Below, one piece after another: positions 11,105 to 20,579 of a stretch of 39,772 bases of DNA. This stretch comes from a virus. The notes under the pieces were generated by a model. That model searched no databases and was not told the origin of the DNA. It saw only the letters and a program-made list of their open reading frames with translations. Position numbers and translations under genes: made by a program. Numbering within the stretch: the stretch's first letter is position 1; each line of letters opens with the position of its first letter. The stretch lies in IMG/VR virus record IMGVR_UViG_3300045988_162015. The stretch is one strand, 5' to 3'.

Positions 11105-11619
11105 TGAGATACAGAGGAAAGATTGCCAATTTAGAAGAAGCAATATAGAAAGAACCAAAAGCAGGAGATGTATTCTATAATACTACTGATACCCATAATT
11201 ATGTTTGGTCTGGCACTGAATGGAATGTTCTAACTGATGGTGTTGATTTTAAAATGAACAATTATGAATTAAATAAATGCGTAATTGGCCAAATGAAAGA
11301 ACTAACTCCAGAAGAAATAGATAAAAAATTAGAAGTTATTGATACCTATGTTCAAGAAAGTTCTGATAAGTATTTTATGCTTTTGTGTAATGAACTAAAT
11401 TATTATACAGTATTTGAAACTAATAGTTTAAGTAACGATAATCCCTATCTTAATATGACTTCTGCCGTTTATGATATTATTAAAGATTTAGGACAGATTA
11501 AAGATATTAATGATAGTGGCTCTGGGGCAGTTGAAATTTGGATTACAAATAACGATGAAACTCATTGTTATCATTTATTCGATTATGATGCTGGCATTGT
11601 TCCAGTAATAGGGAGATAA
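11104..11619 (+). CDS. hypothetical protein (171 aa) with one TAG at 11149-11151.
   Basis: ATG at 11104 (TAATG overlap with nrdG), in the same frame as ORF 11254..11619. Confidence 0.55.
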
Positions 11620-11621
11620 TT

Positions 11622-11882
11622 ATGTTATTTACTTATTTTGATTTATTTAATACAACACAAATTGTTTATTACCAAGGACCAAATGATAAGAAACCCATTA
11701 TGGTTTGTACTTGCCGTCTTGACAATCTTAGTGATACTTTAACTAAACTATCAGAACAATATAAAGATAGTGATATTCATCTTTATGGCAATCAAACTTA
11801 TGGTGAAGGTCTTAAAGAAACTATTGAAAATTCTTTAATTACTAAGTATAGTAATAATAATATTAAAGTTTATGTAAATTAA
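11622..11882 (+). CDS. hypothetical protein (86 aa).
   Basis: ORF track. Tightly packed; no TAG. Confidence 0.5.
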   Translation: MLFTYFDLFNTTQIVYYQGPNDKKPIMVCTCRLDNLSDTLTKLSEQYKDSDIHLYGNQTYGEGLKETIENSLITKYSNNNIKVYVN

Positions 11883-11893
11883 TAGGAGAAAAT

Positions 11894-12169
11894 ATGTTTG
11901 AATATTTGATTAATACTACTGAAGTATATAGAGTAGATACAGAAAAAGAAGCAGCTGAGCTTATTAATAATGCTAAGCAAAATAGAGAATATGATTTAGC
12001 TAAATATTCTTCTACTAAAAAAGAACGCAAATAGAAGGGCGAAATTATTGATGAATGGTATCAAGTAACTCTTGTGAAAAAATTCAATGATGAAAAAGAA
12101 CCTACTGATCATATTTCACTTTGCTATACAACTAAAGCTAACTTTGATGGGGAGACTGTAATTAATTAA
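11894..12169 (+). CDS. hypothetical protein (91 aa) with one TAG.
   Basis: ATG 11894 is preceded by AGGAGAA. The frame is open through TAG to TAA at 12167-12169, which overlaps the dut ATG. Confidence 0.5.
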
Positions 12170-12717
12170 TGAGTATTTATTTTGAAAAGGTAAGTAAATA
12201 TAATGATTGGGATTTGTCGATGCCAGAACGTAAGACTAAATATAGTGCTGGTTATGATTTCGCATCTGCTGAAGATGTTGTAATTCCTTCATATACCCAT
12301 ATTGTAGAAGCTTTTAAAAATGGGGCAGCTACTAACGATATTATTTCTTTGAATGATATGGCTAAAATTACTAAGGGACTTAATTTAAAACCTACTCTTA
12401 TCCCTACTGGAATGAAGTGCCATATGGAAGATGGACAATTCCTTGAACTATCTGTTCGTTCTTCTTTACCTTTAAAACATTGGATTATTCTTGCTAATGG
12501 AGTTGGCATTATTGATGCTGATTATTATAACAATCCTGATAATGAAGGACATATTTATTTTCAATTAATTAATCTTTCTCCTTTTGATATTGAAATTGCC
12601 AAAGGAAATATTATCGGTCAGGGCGTTATTCGAAACTACCTTATTACAGATGATGATAAGGCTGAAGGCACAAGAATTGGTGGATTTGGTTCAACCAGTA
12701 AGGACGTTAATAATTAA
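12169..12717 (+). CDS. dut: dUTP diphosphatase (dUTPase).
   Basis: RKTKYSAGYDF (motif 3-like) and the C-terminal RIGGFGSTSK (motif 5). No TAG. Confidence 0.8.
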   Translation: MSIYFEKVSKYNDWDLSMPERKTKYSAGYDFASAEDVVIPSYTHIVEAFKNGAATNDIISLNDMAKITKGLNLKPTLIPTGMKCHMEDGQFLELSVRSSLPLKHWIILANGVGIIDADYYNNPDNEGHIYFQLINLSPFDIEIAKGNIIGQGVIRNYLITDDDKAEGTRIGGFGSTSKDVNN

Positions 12718-12759
12718 TCAATAAATAATAATCTCCTTCTATAATAGGAGGAGATTTAT

Positions 12760-13266
12760 ATGAATTTTTTATTTTTAGACTTATCCACTAAATCTACTGG
12801 ATACGCTATATCAGATGACAAAGGTAAATTAATTACTTATGGATTAATTACTGCATCTTCTTCTAATAATGTAAGCCGTATCCAAAAGATACAAAGTGGA
12901 ATTATTGAATTAGTAAAATAGTATAATATAGAAAAATTAATTGCTGAAGATGTTCATCCAGAAGCCTATGGTTATTCAGATACTGCTCGATTACTTATGT
13001 GGCTTCAAGGGTCTATAGTTCTTGGTGCTCATAGTGTAAATGATAATATAAATTCCAAAAGCATAGAATTTATGCAAGCTAGTGAATGGCGAAAAAATTT
13101 AGGAATTAAAACAGGTCGCGGTATTAAACGTGAAAACCTCAAGCCTCTTGATATAAAATATGTAAAAGATACATACGGTATTGAGGCCAATGATGATGTC
13201 TGCGATGCTATATGTTTATATACTGCATATTTTAAATCATAGTAGGATGAATTAAATTGGGAATGA
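12760..13266 (+). CDS. RuvC-like Holliday junction resolvase with 3 TAG codons, two of them tandem at 13240-13245.
   Basis: N-terminal FLDLSTKSTGYAIS (RuvC catalytic Asp region) and DVCDAICLY (the C-terminal acidic motif). AGGAGG lies 8 nt upstream. The protein continues 6 aa past the tandem TAG to TGA 13264-13266. Confidence 0.7.
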
Positions 13267-13352
13267 CGGGCAATTTTATACAATTATATAATTCTTTCTT
13301 TCATTTATAATATGAGAAAGAGCGACAAATCCATGTCGGGAGGATTATATAA

Positions 13353-13784
13353 ATGTTAGAATTTATCACAACACATCTGCTTGAAATTATTTTTGGATTA
13401 ATTTCCGCGGGCGCCCTAGCTTTCTGCAAACATCTTCATAGCAAAATGAAAACTTATAAAAAACTAACTGAAGAAAAAGAGAATAGTACTTTAGATAATA
13501 CAATTGAAACTCATATTGAGCCAATTCGTCAAGAAATTGAAGAATTACGAAAGTATGTACTAGAAAGCAATAAAATTGCAAATAATCATATGGATGTAAT
13601 TTTAGCTTCTTATCGTTTTAGATTGACTCAATTATGTAAAGCATATATCCAACAAGGATTTATGACAAATGGTGAGTACGAACAATTAGTAGAATTTTAT
13701 AAAGTTTATACTAGCTTGGGCGGAAATGGTCAAGCAAAGACCTATTATGAACGGGCAATCCAATTACCTGTTCATGACGTATAA
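13353..13784 (+). CDS. membrane protein with one N-terminal TM helix; function unknown.
   Basis: GGGAGG RBS. The hydrophobic N-terminus is LLEIIFGLISAGALAF. It is the last + strand gene before the convergent terminator. Confidence 0.55.
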   Translation: MLEFITTHLLEIIFGLISAGALAFCKHLHSKMKTYKKLTEEKENSTLDNTIETHIEPIRQEIEELRKYVLESNKIANNHMDVILASYRFRLTQLCKAYIQQGFMTNGEYEQLVEFYKVYTSLGGNGQAKTYYERAIQLPVHDV

Positions 13785-13785
13785 G

Positions 13786-13830
13786 AATAAAAAAAAATAA
13801 GGGAAGCAATTGCTTCCCTTATTTTTATTC
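13786..13830. terminator. bidirectional intrinsic terminator between the convergent + and - gene blocks.
   Basis: An A-run, the palindrome ATAAGGGAAGCAATTGCTTCCCTTAT, then a T-run. It is flanked by the stop at 13784 on the + strand and the stop at about 13831 on the - strand. Confidence 0.6.
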
Positions 13831-14382
13831 TTATACAATTTTTGTAGCTAATGTGGCTATCTTTCTTTGTAATAATTGTTTTTCTTCAGGAGTAGCATCC
13901 TGAATCATTTCTAAAAGATCAGAAGTTAGAACTTGGGCATAATCTTCTAACTCTCTCATCTATTGGGCCTGGTCCATATGGCGTTCCTTACTTTCAATGT
14001 AAGATTTACGTTTCATTGGGCTATGGCCCATTTTTTTATTATCATTATTCATTCCGCCTGTGCCTGTATAACTATAGCCGTTATATCCACCATCATAATC
14101 TTTAGTATAATATTTATCTTCATGATAATCATTATCTATATAATAAGGATATGGATTTTTACGTTTACGAGGATCTTTCATCATGCCAATGCCATAAACT
14201 TCTTCCTCTTTACTTTCTATCATAGCATCTACGATTGATCCATAATAACAAGCCTCAGCCAGGTCTTTAATCATATCAATGACTTCTCCCATTTCATGAG
14301 TATCTGCTTGCTGAGGATTAGCCATTTGCTATTCGACTAAATTTATTAAGGTATTTTTAATCTAACATAATTTTTCCATCAT
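13831..14382 (-). CDS. hypothetical acidic Tyr/Asp/Gly-rich protein read through TAG codons. The start is either ATG 14382 or ATG 14325.
   Basis: ORF 13960..14325 continues through the TAG at 13960 to TAA near 13831. An in-frame upstream ATG at about 14382, reached through 2 TAG codons, has a weak SD. Confidence 0.5.
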
Positions 14383-14384
14383 AA

Positions 14385-14804
14385 TTAAGCCACCCTTTCT
14401 ATAATAAGACTGGCATTTTCAACACTGACGGCAGAAGCACTGGTATTCTCAACACTTATCTATTGGCAACATCCACGTGGAACATTTAAAAATAAAGCAC
14501 GAGAAATACTATTAAACTATTCTACTGCGGTTGGAGTTGAAATCATTGTAGTTTCTGCAACAGGCTCCCCATTAATAGCTATTGCCAAAGAAATAGGAGC
14601 TACAGTTGCACCAGTTGGAAGAGCTACATTAGCTCCAAAAGTAACCTTAAATCTGGCTCTACATTGATTAGTTATGCCTCGTAAAGTTACTAATCCGCTA
14701 CCTTCACGATGTACCATGGCGCAACTGCCTGGAACAGCGGTATTAGTAAACACTACATTACTATTGGCATTTACCGTTTGTAAAGCATTAGCTGTTATTT
14801 CCAT
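14385..14804 (-). CDS. small beta-rich hypothetical protein read through 2 TAG codons.
   Basis: ORF 14517..14804 has an AAGAGG RBS. It continues in frame to TAA near 14385. Confidence 0.5.
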
Positions 14805-14824
14805 TTTTTAACCTCTTTTCTTTA

Positions 14825-15676
14825 TTAAGCAGTATATTGGCATCCGCATCCAGTATAATTAGTTCCTGCATAAGGATTTTGAACAACATAAGCTGGGATA
14901 GGAGCTTTGCTGCTTAATTGGTCTATTAAATAAGCATTCTGTAAATTTTGAGAAATCTGACCTTTAAGAGTAGCATTTTCAGCAGTAAGAGTTTCAATCT
15001 TATCTTGAACAAGGAAGTCAAGAATAGAACGCATACTGGCATTAGTATTATCAATAATATCTCTTACTCCTTCATTAACTACTTGACGGTTTTGACAAGC
15101 TTGACTTACTAAATTATAGTTTAGATCAGCAAAGCTTGATGTAATAAGATTCTTATTCTCGCAGCAGCAATGAGCATTTGTTGCTGCCATATTATTTAAT
15201 TGCTGAGAAAGAGCGTTTGTGTTCTACATATTAGCAATAGTATCAGCATTAATAGCTTGAGTAATACCAAAAGTATTCTACATAGCATTCATACCTAAAT
15301 TGCTAATATCAGATTGTAAAGTACGAGCATTTCCGTTTAAAGTTTCAGTAACACCTGCAAAGCCAGTTAATAAATTATTATTAACGCCAGCAAAACCATT
15401 ACATAAACCTGTCTGTAAAGAATTAATACCAGACTTAATGTCACTTACATCAAAGCCATAAGTTAATTCTTCTCTTGTTGTAGTTCCCTGATATCCAGAA
15501 CCATTGGCGCCATTACCCCAGCCATTTCCGCCCCAGCCATTGAAGCAGAAAAGGAAGAGAATAATTATCCACCATGCACCATTACCCCACATACCATCAT
15601 CACCATTACGGTATCCATTACCGCCTGTGGCCGCGGCAATATCAGCTAAACTATAACCATTACTTGTGTTGAACAT
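14825..15676 (-). CDS. hypothetical protein (283 aa): Gly/Trp/Asn-rich with one TM segment, Cys clusters (HCCCENK, GCGCQYTA) and a C-terminal coiled coil.
   Basis: ORFs 15278..15676 and 14825..15190 share a frame and are joined by 2 TAG codons. AGGAGG RBS. TAA at 14825-14827. Confidence 0.6.
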
Positions 15677-15702
15677 ATAAATGTCCTCCTTTAATAAAAA
15701 TA

Positions 15703-15939
15703 TTATTTAATCCCAAGCTATTGCTTAAAGGAATTAAATTCTTTATCAAAGTCTAACCCTTTCTATGCACACATGTTACGTGCTATTTGCTCTATTCCAC
15801 TAATATTTCCATTCTATGCCATCTATAACAAATTATTCGCCATTGGATTATTCTATTGCTATAAAAATGACATCATTAGCTATTGAGGATTAGACCCACT
15901 TCTTATCATTTGAATAATCTACATAGGATTCATTTGCAT
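15703..15939 (-). CDS. small Gln-rich protein (78 aa) with 9 in-frame TAG codons. It is invisible under the standard code.
   Basis: AAGGAG RBS then ATG. The frame is open to TAA except for 9 TAG, giving MQMNPMQIIQMIRSGSNPQQLMMSFLQQQNNPMANNLLQMAQNG… It fills an otherwise 280-nt non-coding gap. Confidence 0.45.
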
Positions 15940-15952
15940 AACTCATTACTCC

Positions 15953-16384
15953 TTAAAAATTAATCTGTGGCTTAGACTGTTCTTCTGCTTTTGGCTATTG
16001 CTTTTGCTACTAAGTCTACTAAGCTATCATATTTAATGCACCTTTAATATCATTTAATGTTTCATCAAATTCCTAACGAGTAACAAAATTAGATGAATTA
16101 AAAGCTTCAGTAGGAACTTCTTTATACTCATACATATTCATAGATGCTGTTCCATCTAAATTAATTTGCTTAGTATAAATCCTTTTATTAGCCAAATCAG
16201 GAAAGAAAAATACAGAACCATCAAAATCAATAGCAGCAGCTCTTGCTTCCTCTAATGAAGAAACTGGCCGACCTTTTAACCCAATAAAAGCTGGCTATTG
16301 CTACTAACTTGAAGGTATTATTGTATTTGCTCTTTGTGGTTGATAATAACTTTGATTATTTCCAAAACCTTGATATAAATTCAT
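15953..16384 (-). CDS. hypothetical Gln-rich protein (143 aa) with tandem TAG runs (TAG TAG CAA TAG, and TAG TAG ACT TAG TAG).
   Basis: ATG about 16384 with an AGGAT-like SD. The frame is open to TAA near 15953. The revcomp of 16261-16320 and of 15981-16040 shows the tandem TAG codons in frame. Confidence 0.5.
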
Positions 16385-16419
16385 AACTAAAATCCTTTCT
16401 TATTTATTCTTTCTATACT

Positions 16420-16470
16420 TATATAAAAATTATTGTCAAATAATTTTCCAATTTTGTCAAAATTTTTGGA
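16420..16470 (-). promoter_or_regulatory. possible promoter region with two TTGACA hexamers on the - strand, lying between the terminator and the downstream operon.
   Basis: The - strand reads ...TTGACAAAATTGGAAAATTATTTGACAATAATTTTTATATAAGTATAG... No clean 17-nt TTGACA/TATAAT pair. Confidence 0.25.
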
Positions 16471-16510
16471 AAAAATTTAGGGCATTTTAATATAATAAAT
16501 AAGCATAAAA

Positions 16511-16543
16511 AAAATGGGAGAACCGCATTGGTTCTCCCATTTT
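16511..16543. terminator. intrinsic terminator at the end of the late structural operon on the - strand. It is T-tailed on both strands.
   Basis: TGGGAGAACC-GCATT-GGTTCTCCCA, flanked by an A8 run upstream and a T-rich tract downstream. Confidence 0.65.
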
Positions 16544-16544
16544 A

Positions 16545-16952
16545 TTATTTTGTTTCTGTTGGAGTAATTTTATTTGAACTGACTTCTTTTTCAATCTTAG
16601 AAGAAATATATTCATTTAAATCTCCAACAGCAGAATTCAAATATTCGATAGCATCTTGACCTAAAATAGCAATTACTTTATTATAAACATCAGTAAATGC
16701 TTTTTTCTATGCTTCGCCATCAAATTTTCCTTGCTGTTTTAATGAATTAACATAAGTCTAATTCATTGCAATAACACAATCGGTAATTGTATTATCAAGC
16801 ATATCTAAATATTTTTTAGCTAATTCACTATCTGTCTGTTGCTTTAAAGCGTCCTTTTTAGATTTAATCCAAGCAACTAAGAATGTCGTTAAAATTCCGA
16901 GTAAAGGAATAATACAAATTTGAAATATTTGCGCAACTAATTGAGCATCCAT
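16545..16952 (-). CDS. small membrane protein (about 135 aa; N-terminal TM then a charged domain), a possible holin. It is read through 2 TAG codons.
   Basis: ORF 16758..16952 has a GGAGGA RBS. It continues in frame to TAA near 16545. TM segment IFQICIIPLLGILTTFLVAWI. Confidence 0.5.
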
Positions 16953-16965
16953 TTAAAATTCCTCC

Positions 16966-19900
16966 TTAATCTAAATAATCTGTAATATAAACATTTTGCC
17001 CAAAAACATAAGGAGAAGAATCTGGATATTTTTCACTTATGACTTCAATAGATATATCATTCTTTAAGTTAAATTCATAAGTTACTTCAGCATATCCCCA
17101 TAATCCTTCTGACGGAGCAACCTAACATTTAGCAGATTCTTTCATCAACGTATTATTATAAAAAATTTTACTAGTTATTTCTCCTATTTCCGTTGTAGAT
17201 TTATTTCTACTAAGTGTATGAATTGTTATTTTATCTCCTTCTTTAGCTGTAAATTTTGGAATATTTGTTTTTGAGATTCCATCAATAGATATTGAAGTAT
17301 CTACAAGATTTTTTGTAGTAATCCCAATCCATTTATTCCAAACTAAATTATTGTTTAAATATTGAGTATCTAAATACCAACTAGAATAAGCAGTTTTTTT
17401 ACTAATTTCTTGCTAAGGATTCTATTGTATTGAAATAATGGAATTCTGGCTGTTACCTGAAACAGATATTAAATCCCAATTATTTTGAATATAAAGTCCC
17501 CAATAACTGCTAGTTAATGTAGGATTATAAAAATTAATAAGAATTACTTCTCCACTGTCAGAATTAATTGTTAAATCAGGCAAATTAGCCCCAGCATTAT
17601 CTCCAAAATTAATTATTAACTATGGAGTGCTACTACCTGCATTTTTTATTGCTTCTTGATTTAATTTAGTTCCATTTAATATTTGTTTGATAATAAATTC
17701 TAATCCATCATTAACATGATCTACATAATATGTTTTTAAAATATTGTAATTAAAAATATAATCATTATTACCATTACCCTCAGAACCTTCATAAACAATA
17801 TTATTTGATAAATGTTCTACAGCAGTTATATTAATAATTTTTTTAGCTAATGGGATTCCAGGCAAACCAGTTAAAGTACCAATTTTTTCCCAATTATCAA
17901 ATAAAAACTCCTAATCTTCTAATGATTGAACTGGATCTTTTTTATACTAAAAAATATGTCCACGTGTAGAATCACTTAAATTATCTGTAATATTAATAAA
18001 TAAATCATTTTTAGAAAGAATAGGACCAATATAACTCTCTTTATTACCTATTACTTTTTCAATATTATTATTAATTGTATCTATAGAAACAGTTAATCCA
18101 GAATTTTTAGGAGTAAGAATATGAATAGGCAAAGGAGTTTCTAAATCAATTTGTTCCATATTTTTACTTATAGGTCTTATATTAGATACTTTGTAAGTCT
18201 ATTCATTTTTAACATTTATAGTTTTTATTGATATATCAGGATATTTAGGAATGGAAAAATTAAAAATTTCCTAATAAGTACCAATATTATCCTCTTCTAA
18301 AATACTACTTTCAACTACAATCTAATTTTTAATATAGCTGTTATCTTTATCTTTGATAAAAGAATCAACTAATTCTGTTTTAGCTAATGGAGCCGGTGCT
18401 GTAATAGCTCCTAAATAAATACCAGTAATCTAAGAAGAAGTTATCTCATATAAACTATAAATTTTCCCTGTTGGCTCATTTATATAGAAATCAGCTTTAT
18501 AGCCATTATTAGTTATATCATAAAAATGGTCCCCTAATGTAGCATATTCAGCCAATATTGATAAACAATAATTAGCTATACTACTATTTTCAAAATAATA
18601 CACAGAACCAATATCATCTTTTTTATTATTATTTATTAACTTTAATAAAATATTAAATAAAGAATATATTATTTGATCAACCTAAACTAAAGATCTAGGA
18701 TACATATCATTAAATAAATAAAATAAATTCTATTGACTACTTGAATTATATTCTGAATCTACCCAATACCATTCATATTCTAATTTATTTTTAATTTGCT
18801 ATAATTTAAAATTATCAGCTAAATAAGTATATAATTGCTAAGATAATTTAGTTATTTCTAAATTATTTTGAGGATTAAATAAAACTCTTTCATCAGGCTA
18901 AGCATATATTGCATTTAAATTATTATTGAAAAAATGTTTATTATCAATAATATTCCCATTTTCATCATATATTACTTTATCTTCTTTTAGGATATGTAAT
19001 AAATAATACGAAATTCGTGACAGTATAGAAACCTAATTTTTCCGGATTGTATATTTATAATCATAATTCTGATATCCATAAGTTTTATAATTACCCATAT
19101 TATGAAAATAAGATAATGGTCCTAATCCAAATAAAGAACCAGAAAAAAATGTTGGAGCTTTAGGCAAATCAAAAGTTAATTGAGGCCTAGTTAATGTTGC
19201 TGTCTTAATATTTCCATTTTTATCAAAATAAGTTCCTTCAGTTTTAAAATAAACATTTGGATCTTCCTAAGAGCCAACTATATTTTTATATACTTCTTCA
19301 ATACGCTATCCACGTTGTAAATAAAATTTAATTTTAGGAGTATCAGGATTGGTTAAATCTAAAGTAACATAAGGATCTCCATCTTCAATATCTATAGTCT
19401 AATGAAATACTTGAATACGAGGAGTAACGCCAGTTACGCAAGCAATTAAACGATATCCAAAACCAAAACATTCTTCACTTTCTAAATCAGATACTTCATG
19501 AAGAGATTCTCCATATTCTTCTTTATTATCTTCTTCTAAATTTAAGAAAATATAAATATTATTATCATTCTAAGGAAAATCTGGAGAAACTGTTAAATTT
19601 CTATCTACATAGATTTTCTACCACAATGAATTAGTATATGATTTTCCGCTATCTTTTAAATCTATCTGAAGATTAATATTATAGTTGGAGGTTTCTTCAT
19701 TCATATAAGATGGATCACCATAATTAATAAAAACATAATCTCCAACATTTACAGGAGAAGTCCATCTTGCTTTTAAATCTCCAACCATGTCAATAGCACG
19801 ATTGGCAAATATTCGTGTTATTTTAAAGTCTTGCCCTTTTTGTCCACCATAAAAGCTATACATTTATTAGTCTCCCCCTTCATATGTTTCATAAGTAAAG

Positions 19901-20568
19901 TCTATAATTATATTATATAAATCTACAATAGTTGGATCAGGTACATATACTCCTGCTTTACCTTTTAAATAAATTCCTAAACCACTTTTATACTAAGTTA
20001 TATAATTTTGATGAGCATTATTATATTCAGTCCAATATTCTGAACCAGCTTCAGTGCGATCAGGAGCCTAACCCAATGTTTTTTCTAATTCATTAATTTT
20101 CTATAAAAATGTATCTCTTGCCACTTTCATTATTCCAGTTCCAGTAGCCTATAACTATTGACTCAATTCTTTATTTATAATATAATTCTAAGGACGTTGA
20201 AATCTTAAATAATTAATTACAATATCATCATTAAGTTCATAAATACCAGTACGTCCAACCATAATCCATTCCCCAGTGTCTTGCGTAGTTGCTTTATTAA
20301 AAGTGAATTTAGTACCAGGGGGTGCCTAAATGCCTATTTTTTTTACATTATTGAAGCCTTTTAAAATATTAGCCCCAAAAATATCTATTTTTTTATTTTC
20401 ATAATCTGTTTCATCATTTGTAGTAGTTTCAGTAGAATCATTTAAATTATTCTAATATACAGCACTATATACTAACTCAGATAAATCTCCCTATTTAGTA
20501 GAAACTAATCCACCAGAACCACCATAGTCCTCTAAATTATAAACAATTTGTTTAAATTGAATTCCCAT
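16966..20568 (-). CDS. large virion structural protein (about 1200 aa), probably a tail fiber or baseplate protein. Single frame with many TAG codons.
   Basis: ORFs 19618..19863, 17947..18159 and 17620..17865 all sit in the same frame. GGAGG then ATG at about 20568. TAA at about 16966, followed 13 nt later by the next gene's RBS. Confidence 0.7.
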
Positions 20569-20579
20569 TATTTACCTCC

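Noticed and set aside
13963-14238. ORF 13963..14238 (+) (Ile/Phe-rich), with similar antisense ORFs at 13387..13581 (-), 12252..12509 (-), 13029..13283 (-), 1584..1790 (-), 8603..8806 (-), 10580..10813 (-), 10644..10829 (+), 23556..23738 (+), 33962..34165 (+), 36412..36594 (+) and 38900..39088 (+).
   Set aside because: They are antisense to, or out of frame with, well-supported genes. They have no RBS and produce low-complexity products.
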